Source: Bilabrum cf. latius (taxonomy: Eukaryota). Taken from it: DNA of 64,000 bases. The position numbers and the translations under genes were made by a program. The notes under the pieces are model-generated. The model did not search any database. It was not told the origin of the DNA and saw only the letters and a program-made list of their open reading frames with translations. This document shows, in pieces, positions 38,301 through 51,000 of the stretch. The first letter of the stretch is position 1; each line of letters begins with the position of its first letter. The stretch is from positions 1 through 64,000 of the forward strand of contig OZ237763.1 of assembly GCA_965178125.1 (NCBI GenBank), written 5' to 3'.

Positions 38301-39696
38301 GTCCCCCGAACGACAGCCTCGCCCCCAGCCCCCCTGCCCTCCTGCTCGAGGTCCTCACCGCCGGGGCCGCTGTCTTGGGCACAGGCACCTGCGACACGCC
38401 CGCCTGCTCATCCCCGTCTCCCTCGCCCGCTGCACCAGTGGCACTCGCCCGCACCCTCCCCCTTCCGCCAGACGCAGCCCGCCCCGACCGCACCCTCAGC
38501 CGCCCCTTGCGCACCGCCCCTCGCCCCGCAGAGACGGGACGGGGGCGCGAGCTGGGCTCCACGGGGGCTGACCCCGACGGCGATTCCGGCTCTGCCTCGG
38601 CCCCATCGTGGTGGTGGTGCTGCTGTTGTTGTTCCTGCAGCTTGTCTGACCTATCGTGCGATGCACCTGTACTCAGTCCTAGAGCCACGTCAGCCATCAG
38701 CTGGTCCACAGTGCCCTGCTTGTGCCCTCCAATGCCGCTGTCATGCGCCTCTGCTACTCTCTCGTGCCCATGCAGCACGTCCTCCCGCATGTCGTTGCCC
38801 CGCACATGCTCGCCGCCGCTCTGCTTTACCCTCGCCTTCTCTCCCCCGCTCGCCCTCGCCCCCCTGCCCCCGGAGCTCCCCCTCCCTCTCGCCCTCTTGC
38901 CCGCCTTCATCCTGGCCTCCAGCTCCGCCTGCCTCGCCCGAGACTCCTCCTCCCGGCGGCGCTGAGCCTCCAGCCGGGCCGCGTGCCGCTCCGCCGCCGC
39001 CTACTGCCTCCTCGCCACGGACACCCCTCTCCCTCTCCCCTTTTCACCCTCCCTCCTCCTCCTCCCGCTCCTCGCCCGAGCCCTCCCTCCAGAGCCCACC
39101 ACTGCCCGGGCCGTGTCTGGGACCCCCCGGCCGCCATGGAGCTGTCCGGCGGGCGTTACGGCCGAGTCCTGGGGCTCCACTGGGATTGCGACTGGGCGTG
39201 AGAGCAGGGAGCGCGGGGCTTTCGCGCCAGTGGCCCGGGGTCGCCCCACTCCGTTGGCTGCTCCTTTGGCTTGCTCGGCGCTCGGGGCTGCTCCTCGAGT
39301 GCGTCGCGCGGCGGGTTTCTTGCGAGCAGCACTGCGTGATGTGACCTCTATCTGGTGTTTTGTGGCCGATGATTGCTTGCTCGACTGCTTCTATTGCTTT
39401 GCGAGCTTCTCATAGGAAGGGAGCAGCTCTAGGAAACTTGGCGAGCTCGTATCCTTTAGCGCAGGCCCTCCGTCCGCTCCTGATTCGCAGGCAAGCTTCT
39501 TGGCTTTCCACTCAAGAAGCTCATGCATGCGCATTGACGAAGGTGTTAACTCGCCAGACTGGGCTTTCCGTCTCAGCACAGCAGCTGGGGAGCTCGGAAC
39601 CTCCGAGTTAGCGTCTCTGGGAGTTAATCCTTTAGGCTTCAAGGCAGCCGTATCATCAGAGACAGCTAGCGGCTATAATGTTCCTCTATGCTCCAT
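35338..39696 (-). CDS. Hypothetical low-complexity protein, about 1450 aa, with two hydrophobic segments (about 9 in-frame TAG)
   Basis: Seven ORF fragments (39642, 39249, 38910, 37932, 36588, 36222, 35637) lie in one frame separated only by TAG; ATG at 39696, TGA at 35338. TM-like segments VAGVVLVLVAVLALLLAAYAGV and GFVMGVVVLSVGIAAV. Confidence 0.7.
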
Positions 39697-39858
39697 GATT
39701 AGCCTGTCCACTATCAGATTGCGCTGATCCAGTTATGCATGCGTGCTTCGGAAGCGCGATTTCTCAACGTCCGGAATTCTCATTTTACCGGACCGGAAAT
39801 AACGGCACGCTATTAGCCCACAAATCTGGCTTGTGCATTTGTTGCGCCTACCTGCGCG

Positions 39859-41205
39859 ATGGCAGCAGCTGATCCATCATCAGGCATTCCATCCGGAAGT
39901 ATAGGTGGGGCCGCGTCCGGCGGGGCGGCGTTCGAGGATGACGGTGCGTTCGGAGAAGCAGTGGTGGCAGACCTCGGTACGGGGACGCTTAGAATAGGAT
40001 ATGCAGGGGCAGAACGACCAAAGCTAGAGCTTTCGTGCGTTGTTGGGCGATTAAAACACCCCAAGGTATTATCAGGTGGCGCACTAGATGGAAAATCAGA
40101 GTGAGTAAACGCTGAGTGCGCGAGTTGCACATCACGGTTTGAAACCGGATGCTTTGGGGCAGAGCGACACGCAAGCCAGAGAATCATGCAGTGTTTCGTG
40201 CGTTGCACAACCACTCATTTGCGCAGAATTATTGGATCAGACGCGCACGCGCACCGTGGGGTGCTCCGTCTTTCGCGGCCGCTAGAGCACGGTGCTGTGA
40301 GCGACTGGTCGGACGCGGAGCGCCTGTGGCGCCACGCGCTTGGATCTTCGGGAATCCGCGCCGAGTCTGGGCGGCATCCCATTCTAGTCACCGAGCGCGC
40401 GCTCACCTCTCGGCCACACCGCGAGGCGCTCGTCACGCAGCTGTTCGAGGAGCAGGGCGCGCCCGCGGTGGCGGTGGCGGGGCAGGCCCCTTTGGCCCTC
40501 TACGGGACCAGCGCCACGACGGGGCTGGTGGTGGACGCGGGGGAGGGATGCATCACCGCGGTTCCGGTCTACGAGGGCGTGTCTCTGCCCCACGCGACGG
40601 GCCGCGCGGACATCGGGGGCAGAGACGTGACGGCGCAGCTGATGCGCCTGCTGCGAGTGAGGGGCCTCCCGCTGTCCTCCTCGGCGGAGGCAGAGCTGGC
40701 GAGGGAGATCAAGGAGGCCACCTCGAGGGTGGCGCTAGATCCCAGGGCGGCAGAGGCGGAGGCAGCCGAGGGCAAGTCAGCAGAGGGGAGGTACCGGCTG
40801 CCCGACGGGAGGGTGCTCACCGTGGGGGCGGAGCGGTTCAGGGCGCCTGAGCTGCTGTTCGACCCCAGCGTGGGGGGCATGGAGGCCCCCGGGGTGGGGG
40901 TGCTGGCGGCGGGGGCGGTGCTGCGGGCCGACGTGGACACGCGATCGGCCCTTCTAGGGGGCGTGCTGCTGTGCGGTGGAGCCAGCAAGTGCCCGGGGTT
41001 CGGCGCTAGGCTGCTGCGCGAGATGCGCGGCCTGAGTCCCAAGGGCAGCAAGATCAGGATCAAGGCGCCCAAGGAGAGGGAACTCCTCCCTTGGGTGGGG
41101 GGCAGCATCTTGGCGGCACTGAGCAGCTTCCGGGGCAGGTGGGTGAGCAAGCAGGAGTTCGACGAGGAAGGGGTCCGGGTAGTGCACAAAAAGGCGCTCG
41201 GGTGA
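39859..41205 (+). CDS. ACTR1: Actin-related protein, Arp1/centractin-like (dynactin)
   Basis: VVADLGTGTLRIGYAG, VGRLKHPKVLSGGALDG, HRGVLRLSRPLEHG, ERFRAPELLFDP, KIRIKAPKER...WVGGSILA; intron 40101-40226; TGA at 41205. Confidence 0.85.
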
Positions 41206-41341
41206 AGCTGGGGAAGAGAGGCCGAGTGCATGGATTGCATGATGATCCTCAACGTCAGACCGGCAAGTTCAAGTAGCAGATGGGTCCTATGCGGAAACAC
41301 CAATAACAAACTGACTAGCCAGATGCACCCATCCATGCCCG

Positions 41342-42590
41342 TCACCCCGTCGTCCTCTCTGCCTTCCACCTGAGCTTCTCACCCGCCATGAGAGGGACCA
41401 CACTGCCCCCCGCCTCGAACGTGTAGCTCGCAGGCACCTCCCACTCCACGCGCCTGAGCACCACCCCGCCCTCGGTGTCGCCCTTGCCCTTGCTGCCATC
41501 GCCCCCTGTCGCCTCCCCCTTCTCCTCCTCGCCCCCATTCAGAGGCATCTTGTAGAACCTAGGCCCGTGCTCGCACGCAAACGCCCTCAGGTGCTCCAGA
41601 CAGCCCTCTGTCTCGAATGCAGTCGCGTACAGCTCCAGGCAGATGGGCGCAGTGAAGATGCCCGCGCACCCGCAGGAGCTCTCCTTCCTCCTCACCTCGT
41701 GGGGGGCGCTGTCGGAGCCCAGGAAGAACTTGCTGGACCCGGACTTGACCGCCTCGCACAGCGCCCGCCTGTGTTCCTCTGCCTTGAGGATGGGCAGGCA
41801 GTACATGTGCGGCCGCACGCCGCCGCGGAAGATCTCGTTGCGGTTGTACAGCAGGTGCTGCGGAGTGATGGTCGCTGCCACGTTGGGGCCCTGCTCCTTG
41901 ACGAACGCCACCGCCTGCGCCGTGGTGATGTGCTCCATGACGACCCGCAGATCGGGGAGCGCCGCGACGAGAGGCCGGAGCTTCTGCTCGATGAACTCGG
42001 CCTCGCGGTCGAACACGTCCACGTCGTCGTCCGTCACTTCGCCGTGCACGCACAGGACGAGGCCAAGCTCTGCCATTCGCTTCAGGGTCGGCATGACCTT
42101 CTCGATGGACGTCACACCGCTGTCGCTGTTGGTTGTCGCGCCGGCAGGATACAGCTTGACTGCAGCCACGCGACCGGACTTCACAGCCGCATCGATCTCT
42201 TCCGGTGGGGTGTTGTCCGTAAGATACAATGTCATCAAAGGGTCAAAAACAGAACCTGAACCCATGGCTGCGGTGATCCTCTCGCGGTATTTGAGCGCCT
42301 GCTCGGTGGTTGTGACCGGCGGCTTCAGGTTCGGCATGATGATGGCCCGCTTCATTATTCCAGGCCAAGCTGCACGTGATTGCACTTAAATGTCTCGAGC
42401 TACGTGCAAATGCCAACAGGTACGGGCAGAATCAAGGGAAAGGACATTTTCGGAACTCACACTTGCCGAGAGATGTTAGAGCCTCGCCATCCCTCAAATG
42501 CAAATGCCAATCATCAGGGTAAGGCAAGGCAATGTCAGAGAGTTCTTCTTTGCTTGCGGTTGCGCCAGATCGGCCAGCAACGCCCGCCAT
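41342..42590 (-). CDS. pyrC: Dihydroorotase, standalone homodimeric (PyrC/URA4 type)
   Basis: PDDWHLHLRDG, RAIIMPNLKPP, KLYPAGATTNS, VHGEVT, MEHITT, YCLPILK, FFLGSDSAPH; one intron at about 42385-42460/42467; TGA at 41342. Confidence 0.96.
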
Positions 42591-42773
42591 GGTGCACACA
42601 CGGCCAGGATGCAGGGCAGTCATGCAAGCTTCACTTCTTCGATTCGGAGCCTCTCGGCACGCGCGCGCGCTATCCACTCCTATCCAGTCAGAATTCTTTC
42701 GCCGCAAAGCACTCTTATCGAGAATTAAACTCCAGGTTCAACCCAGCTCCAGGTACTGCGGCACCTCGCCCAC

Positions 42774-45160
42774 TCAGTACACCCTCTCCTGCGGCGGGAA
42801 GGTGTCCCTGCCCAGCTCCTTGGCGTCGAGCGCATTGGAGTGCACGGCCCTGTACTTGAGCGTGGTCTTGGCCTTGTCCGCGTCAAAGAACCCCAGCGTG
42901 TGCTTCATCCACTTCTCGTCGTCCCTCGTGCTGAAGTCCTCCCTCGCGTGCGCACCCCTGCTCTCCTTCCGCGCCTCTGCCGCGTGCATCGTCACGGCGG
43001 CCTGCCCCAGCAGGTTCTGCAGCTCCAACGTCTCCACCAAGTCAGTGTTCCAGATCAGAGACCGGTCTGTCACGCCCACGTCCGAGAAGCTCGCCGCCAC
43101 CCGGTCGATCTCCTGCACACCCTTCTCCAGCGTCTCCTGCATGCGGAACACCGCGGCGTAGTCCTGCATCGTGCCCTGCATGTCCGCCCGGATCTCCGAC
43201 GTGCGGCGGGGCCCCGTGGCGTACCGGATCCGGTCCAGGTTAGCCACGGACTGCATGCCCGCGTCCGCCGGCAGCGGTGCCTTGGCCTGCCCCGGCTTGG
43301 AGATCTCGGCCACGCGGTTGGCGCACGCCCTGCCGAAGACCACGATGTCCAGCAGCGAGTTGGCGCCCAGGCGGTTGGCCCCGTGCACAGAGGCGCAGGC
43401 AGCCTCACCGGCGGCGAAGAGCCCCGGCACGATGGCGTCGTCGTTCCCGCCCTTGGGGTTGACCACCTCTCCGTGGTGGTTGGTGGGGATGCCGCCCATG
43501 TTGTAGTGCACCGTCGGCAGCACCGGGATGGGCTCCTTGGTCACGTCCACCCCAGCGAAGATGGCGGCCGTCTCGCTGATCCCAGGGAGCCTCTCGGCGA
43601 GCGTCTCCGGGGGCAGGTGGTCGAGGTGCAGGTGGATGTGGTCCTTGTTAGGCCCCACCCCCCTGCCCTCCCTGATCTCCATCGTCATGCTCCTGGACAC
43701 CACGTCCCTGGATGCCAAGTCCTTGGCCGAGGGGGCGTACCGCTCCATGAACCGCTCCCCCTCGCTGTTCCTCAGGATGCCGCCCTCGCCCCTGCACCCC
43801 TCCGTCATGAGGCACCCGGCCCCGTAGATCCCAGTGGGGTGGAACTGCACGAACTCGGGGTCCTCGATGGGCAGGCCAGCGCGGAGGGCCATGCCCCCGC
43901 CGTCGCCCGTACACGTGTGCGCCGAGGTGGCCGAGAAGTAGGCTCGCCCGTAGCCTCCCGTGGCCAGCACGGTCGAGTTGGAGTGGAACCTGTGGATGCT
44001 CCCGTCCTCCATGTTCATGGCCATCACGCCCACGCACCGGCCCTCGTCGTCCATGATCAGGTCCATCGCGAAGAACTCGATGAAGAAGTTGGCGTCGTAC
44101 GCAAGCGACCGGCCGTACAGCGTGTGCAACATGGCGTGCCCCGTGCGGTCCGCCGCGGCCGCGCACCGGTACGCCTGCCCCCCCTTGCCGAACTCGAGGC
44201 TCTGTCCCCCGAAAGCCCGCTGGTAGATCTTCCCGTCCTCGTTCCTGCTGAAGGGCAGCCCGTACGACTCCAGCTCCAGCACGGCCTTGGGCGCCTCCCT
44301 GCACATGTACTGGATTGCGTCCTGATCCCCGAGCCAGTCGCTGCCCTTGACCGTGTCGAAGGCGTGCCAGCGCCAGTCGTCCTCGGTGCGGTTGCCCAGC
44401 GCGGCGTTGATGCCGCCCTGCGCCGCCACGGTGTGCGAGCGGGTGGGGAACAGCTTGGAGATGCAGGCGGTCTTGAAGCCGCTCTCGGCCAGGCCCATCG
44501 CGGCGCGGAGGCCGGCGCCGCCGGCGCCCACCACCACGGCATCGAAGTCGTGGTCGACTGCGCGCGCACAGGGGAGAATGTAAGGGTGGCGTGGCGCTAA
44601 CAGGGGATTGTTATAGTACTAAGCACAGTGATGCGGAGGTAAAACTAGCGGCAGACGCTCCTATGGGGACGCCCGCCCTTGCAGTCTGCGCGGCAGCAGC
44701 ACTCACTGATGGGGTACGCCTGCGAAGAGGCATCCACCTTGGTGGACGCGTCCTGCGACCGTACGCTCATTACCTTCGCGGACCTAGAGGCAGATACATG
44801 CAGGCCCCGCGCCCACGCCTGCGCTCCATGTGGACACAGAAAAGGACAAGTTGATGGGTACTGACTGTTGTGCAACTCGTGGCAATCATCACCTGACATC
44901 CTCTGAACCGCGACGCACGAGGACAAGCTGGAAGCACAGCTCAGATAACATGAATATTTAACACTTGGCCGGTTGCTGTGTCCCAGGTCCCAGTGCCATG
45001 CAAGGGAAGCGACATGACGTCAGGTAGTGCCCGGGGCGGCTTGCCTGTCGTTGCACTACCAGGAAAGCCACGCAGCACTATCTCGCACGCCACAATCTAA
45101 ACTATATAAACTTACCTTCCTGGCGGCAGTGCGAGCAATACTCCGAGCTTGAGACAGCAT
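42774..45160 (-). CDS. SDHA: Succinate dehydrogenase flavoprotein subunit, mitochondrial
   Basis: Exons 45160-45116, 44818-44707 and 44557-42774; Arg-rich presequence; [47 protein letters not shown] at 42774. Confidence 0.99.
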
Positions 45161-45294
45161 AAGGCTTAGATTTTGCCCCTGCCGAAGCCAAGATGTTCCA
45201 AACCATATCTGCACGCAACTCAAACGCTGCGACCGGTTTGGCGCCAGCAGACAGAGCAGTGTAGGCAGCGACAAGGCTCACTCTTGCCAAAATC

Positions 45295-47286
45295 ATGTTC
45301 ATGGAGAAAGGTTCATTTGGTGACGGAGGCGGATCTCGTGGTGGCGATTCGCGAGGGTTCGGCGGGGGTGGATCTGGCTTTGGCGGTGAGACTTGCAGAC
45401 TTGTGCTTGCATAGACTCTTAAACACGCCATGTGGCTTGGATTCATACCCATTTTTGGATAAGTTGCCTCATTTCAACGAGAGATCGTTTGAGGCATGAT
45501 CGTGTGGCCTGCGTTACCCAGCGTTCTGCACTGCTTTCGGCTGCCAGTTCGGTCGGCCACCACTTCTAAGTGGGCGTCGACGCCTCCACATCGCGCAATA
45601 TTGATCACACCAAGATATCGCTTAAAGATTGCTCGTATCTTCTTAATCTTTGGAGCAGGTTCAGGGTTTGGCGGCGCTGGTGCACTTCCTGGAAGTGGCA
45701 GCGGGGACACGCTCGAGCGCGAGAGGGAGCGCGCAAAACAGAAGGCTAGAAGTCGAGCAATGGGTGGAGGCACCGGATTCTCCGCTACAGGAAGCACACC
45801 AGCGGTTCCACAGTTCTCCGCGCCCCGTTCTGGGGCCACCGGGTTCGGAGGCGGTTTCGGCGGTTCGTCTGGCCCTTCCGGAGCCGGGGCCGGCAGCGGT
45901 TTCGGCTCGTTCCGCTCCAGCAAGCCGGCAGGATCTGGATTCGGTGCCGGTGGTCGCGGTGTGCTGGCCGCGGGGCGCCGAGGCGGGGGGAGTGCCCGCG
46001 GGACGGACATGGGCGTTGAGGAGGACGCTGACCTCGAGGCGATCGAGATGCCCGCCGAGAGGGAGAGGGGTAGGGAGAGGCAATCGGAGGACCGGGGGAG
46101 CAAGGGGGATCGGGGAGGCGCGGGCGGGATCATGAGTCCCCTGAGGAGCGCCCCAGAGGACCACGGCAGGGGACAGGGGGGGGGGCATGGCGGGGCCGTG
46201 GCGGGGGTGCGGTCGGCTCCGCCGGCGCCTGCAGCTAGCATGGAGGACCGGGGTGGAAGGGGTCGGGCGGAGGACGGGGCCGCTGGGGGCAGGGGCCGGG
46301 ATGGCGGGCAATGGGAGGACGGGCGGGGGATGGGCAGGGGGCCTGTGGGTGATGAGGAGGAAGACGACGACAGGGCGGCGGGTGCAGGGCGTGGTGGTGC
46401 AGGGGCCTCCAGCGGGGCAGGGGCCGGTGGTCCGGACGGCGGCGGCGCGGGGGCAGGTGCAGGCGGCGATGTGCCCATGCGCGGATGGCCCAAGGTGAGG
46501 GTGGTGGGCACTCGAGCCCTGGATCTGTCCCAAGCAGGCAGGCAAGCGCTGCTGACCACCCCCTGTCCCCCCGAGGCGGGCATCCTGCAGTGCTACATCG
46601 AGCGGTCGGGGGGTGGTTTCTTCTCGAATGTCAAGTACAGCATGTACATGAAATCCGGCGACGAGTTCTTGATGGCGGCCGAGAAGAGGAGCGGGCAGCG
46701 GACGAGCAACTTCACCATCAGCAGTGACCCGAGTGACCTGGACAGGCACGGGAAGCACTTTCTGGGCAAGGTGCGGTCCAACTGGGTGGGCACTGAGTAC
46801 ATGGTGTACGACGAGGGGGCTGCACCGGGGAGCGGCGAGAAGGGCGAGAGGAGAAAGGAGCTCGCCATCGTGACCTACGAGAGCAACGTCATGGGGGCGA
46901 GGGGGCCTCGCAAGATGAAGGCAGTGCTGCCGGAGGTGGGGTACCCCAGCCTCAAGCCGAGGCCGTTTCAGCCCAGGGAGGGAGAAGAGGCCATGCTGGA
47001 CCTGTACAAGAAGGGCCACCTCGAGGGCATGCAGCAGCTCATGAACAAGCCGCCCAAATGGTCCGAGGACGTGGGCGCCTACGTCCTCAACTTCAACGGG
47101 AGGGTCACCATGGCGTCGGTCAAGAACTTTCAGCTGGTGTCACCGGACGAGCTCGAGACGGTCATCGTGCAGTTCGGCAGGGTGGGCAAGGACCTGTTCA
47201 CCCTCGATTTCAGGTTCCCGCTCAGCCCGCTGCAGGCGTTCGGTATCGCGCTTTCCAGCTTTGATTACAAGCTAGCGTGCGAGTAA
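45295..47286 (+). CDS. Tubby-like protein
   Basis: Gly-rich N-terminus (intron 45386-45658); tubby domain LQCYIER, FLGKVRSNWVGT, GPRKM, LNFNGRVTMASVKNFQL, QFGRVG, QAFGIALSSFDYKLACE; ends with TAA. Confidence 0.95.
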
Positions 47287-48004
47287 ATTTCTTCCCTTTG
47301 CTGTCTATCAGAGCGGGCGAGGATGTGGTGCAAGTATTGATCGCTCCCTATCATCATCCGTGCCATGCATGCATCTTCCTTGCAAAAGGTCCGTTCAAAA
47401 AAGAACGAGTGCATATAGAACTTTCACTGATTTGACCCAAGCTACATCTCATTGCCACATTTCATTGCTTTATGTATCCTAACGAACCCAACTTGAAGCG
47501 TCGAACCTTCGTGCCAGTGGTGCGACCGACTGGTGTCAAAGACATCTGGCAGGGCAGCACAATTGCGATCCTCAATCTAGGGTTGCTTGCTGATCACACC
47601 GACTCATTGGGCGCCGTGAGAAACTTGAGAATCAAAGATGAATGCAAGCCTTGCATTGAATCGCACCGTGGCCGCTGTGCAGCACATTTCGCGAGCTGTG
47701 GTGCCGAATGCTCGTTGGGTTGGATGCTTGAAGCCTGTGGCCGCTTGAGGCGGTCTGGCATGCCCTTTTGCCGCGATTCTACCACATCATGCTGCATGTT
47801 ATCATCGGCTGCGGCCATTGAGTATTTTTCATGGCCCAGTAGCCCGCAGACACCTTGCTCTTGGTGGTGGGTTGGGGCGCTTTTTGGGTGTTCTGCCCGA
47901 GGTTTGAGCTCTTCAAGACATTCCAGTTCTACTTTCACGACTACTTGGACTTAACGTTCTTCTTTCAAATCATTGGTCCGGAGCAGGTACTGACAGTCGG
48001 ACCT

Positions 48005-51000
48005 ATGGCAGCTAAAAGCGCACTACTAGCTTGGGCAGCACTGCTTGTGGCCCCTGCTGACGCACAGCTCGCGTTTACGAACCCCTCGTATACGTTCCAG
48101 CCCGTCAGGAGGAACGATCGTCTATATATTGGGCAGGTTCGTGCTATTGACGGTCCAAATGACCTTGACATGGGCGCTACCATCTCGTATCGCATCGTGG
48201 ATGGTGCGACCACGTGAGTTCTGCGCTGTCCGGTTTCGTGTTCCTCGCCACACCACGACTCGATATACACAAACACGCCAAGCGTTCGTTCTTTCATTGA
48301 TTACTATTTTCATTTAATCTTATTTCGCAGCGAAGACGTCGACTTCGAGATCCATCCTCTGACTGGTCGCCTCTACCGCCTACCGACGACGGGTTGGATC
48401 ACTTCTCACACGATCCGCGTACAGGCACGACTTGAGAGGCCTGGACTACCAATCCAGTTTGCCTATGCCTTCGTGGTAATCGCTTTCTAGGACCAATAGC
48501 CCCCGATTGTCCATATTTCGGTCGGATCCTCGGGCCCGTCGTGCGCGACGAACTCGCAAGGAAAGTTCTGGTGCTGGGGATAGTGCTAGGCCGGGCCTTC
48601 CACCTACTGTCCATATGAGGGGGAGCAGAACGATCTGCGGATAGACAACGCTATTTTACCTGACGTAGCCGCCCTGCCCCCCGTTCAAACCAGCGATCAA
48701 GCCGTCCAAGTTGTCGGTCTGAAGCGCACCGGGCGAGCAGACCAAGCATCGTGCTTGCTCACGAGGTCTGGCAACGTTCGATGCTGGGGTTCCGGTTCGT
48801 ATCTTCCGTACAACAGTGCTGCAGACGTTCCCTCCCCTACTTCTTCGCCCGCGCGTCCTCAGTACAGCCAGACGATGGAGTCGGCCCACGGGCTGAGCAA
48901 TCGCCACAACGCCCGGGTACTCCAGCTGTATGCCGGCGAATCGAGTTTTTGCGCCGTCATTGACCAGACCATCATGCTGAATGGAGTTTCACTCTTCTCG
49001 CCCACTCGAGCTTCAAACATTGAATGCTGGGGCTCCGGGGGCGTGGTCAAAACGTGGTTCTCTCGCGGAACAATTCTCGTGCCTTCCTACCCGGGGCAAC
49101 TGGCCAGGCAGTCGGCGCAAGGCGCTGCTGTCGGCGCCAACGCCGTTTGTTGGCTAGGAGAGAGCCGATACGACCGGTCGATCAGGTGCTACGGCTCCAG
49201 TGTGGCTGGCAGATCGGGAAGCGAACCCTTTCTGGTGACGAGCTGGTCACCAAGCGGCCTGTATCCGTTCGCGATCGATGCGAGCTTCGACCGGTACTGC
49301 GTCTTATACAGCAGGATCACACTTTCACCCGTCGAGGTATAGGTCTATTGCTTCGGAACATTCACCGACCCCAGGAGGGCGATGGACAAGAACATTTCTG
49401 TTTCGAGTCTGTCTCCGACAACCCAGCGGATCCCTTCATTCAGCAGTTTCTACAGGGGCATGGTGGGCACACCAGTGGGCATTGCCGTCATGCGAGGAGG
49501 ATTTTGCGTGGCGGTAGATCCGTAGCGGGCTGGATCGAACCATATCTACTGCAGTCGGGCCGCGAGGGAGACTGACAGCATCGGCACGACACACGACGAC
49601 ACCGTCGACCTGTTCGAAGCAACCCCGCCCTAGAACCTGATTCACGCGTACAGCGACATGCATCTCTACGAGAACCTTGCAAACCTGCAGGTCACCGACA
49701 TCAACAACCCGAACCAGCGGGTGACTTCAATCTCCGCTGCGGGATGCTCCGTGTGTGCGACCATCGACGGGATCACTGGCACGGGCGGGGACGTACGGTG
49801 CTTCGGATGCGATGGAATGGGCTACTAGCTGGATACTGGCTCAGTGGCCCAGCAAGGGAGGCTAGGCTACGGGCCTTCGGTCCCTACTCTGGGCACCACA
49901 TCGCCCGCGTATGCTTACGGCCCGCACGACTTCAACGGCGCGACCGACTTCGCAGCGCGAGGTCAGCAGCCCCGCATCGAGTTTCCAGCCCAACGCCAGG
50001 TCATCTAGGTGGATGAAACCAATGAAATGTCTGTTTAGATCTTTGAGCGTGTCCAACTGTCGCAAATAGACCCTTCCAGCAGCGGCCTGGTCTTCGAGCT
50101 CGAGTCCAAGGAAGCCTACTCCGACAACAGGCACTTCCGGATGAATCCCATCACTGGAGCACTATCAACCAACGGGACATGGCCGTTTGATTACGAATGG
50201 ATAAGCCAGCACAGATTGGATGCGCGGTACAACTTGGCCATGATCGTCCGGGACTCTGTGGGCGTTGACACGGTCGAGTTCACCATCGAGGTGCAGGACG
50301 CGCCTGAGCCTCCCATCTTCGTCACTCCCATCCCGGCCGAGGTGGAGCTGGGTAAAGTGACTGAGAGCGTGGGTGCACACGGAACTCAGAGCGTATTCGG
50401 GATCCCTGCATCGCAAGCCACAAGAACTGCCACGGGATTCTCGGTCGAGCTCGGGCTGGCTCTGCGGGGTGCCAACGGCAACCATGGCACCGTGATTGTG
50501 GCCCTCATGCACAGCGAGGGACCATCGAACGGACTGCAGCTCAGTCAGGTCGATGTGATGATCACACTGCAAGCAACGAGCACTACCATCGAGGCAAATG
50601 TACCCCCAGATGCCACAGGGGAGCTCAAGGGCGGCGAGTACACGGTCTTCCTCAGAGCAGCCGACCGAAACACGGGAGTGGAGCAGGACACGTGGGTGAA
50701 AGCAGAGATCATGGTCCCTTGCAAGACGGGCAGCATCTTTGGAACTTCGTCTGGGGAATGCAGCGAGTGCCCGGTGGGCACTGCTGCCTCCGCAGATGGC
50801 ACAGAGTGCATCCTCTGTGACGTAGACAGCTACCAGCCGCTGGCCGGACAGACCCAGTGCATTCGATGCGACTCGCACCTGGATGCGGCCAGGTGGCTGA
50901 AGCACTCCAGCCCAGGACAGTCCACAGAATGCCCCGTGTGCTCAGAATATGCCCAGGCAGTCACTCCCGAGCGGGACTAGTGCCTGTGTCGGGCTGGCAC

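Noticed and set aside
42840-44600. Long antisense ORFs opposite SDHA, transketolase, the ABC transporter and others
   Set aside because: Expected from high GC3 codon bias; they show no recognisable motifs.
47300-48000. Short ORFs 47472-47954 and 47594-47938
   Set aside because: No recognisable homology or coding-like composition; probably intergenic or UTR, though a small gene cannot be excluded.
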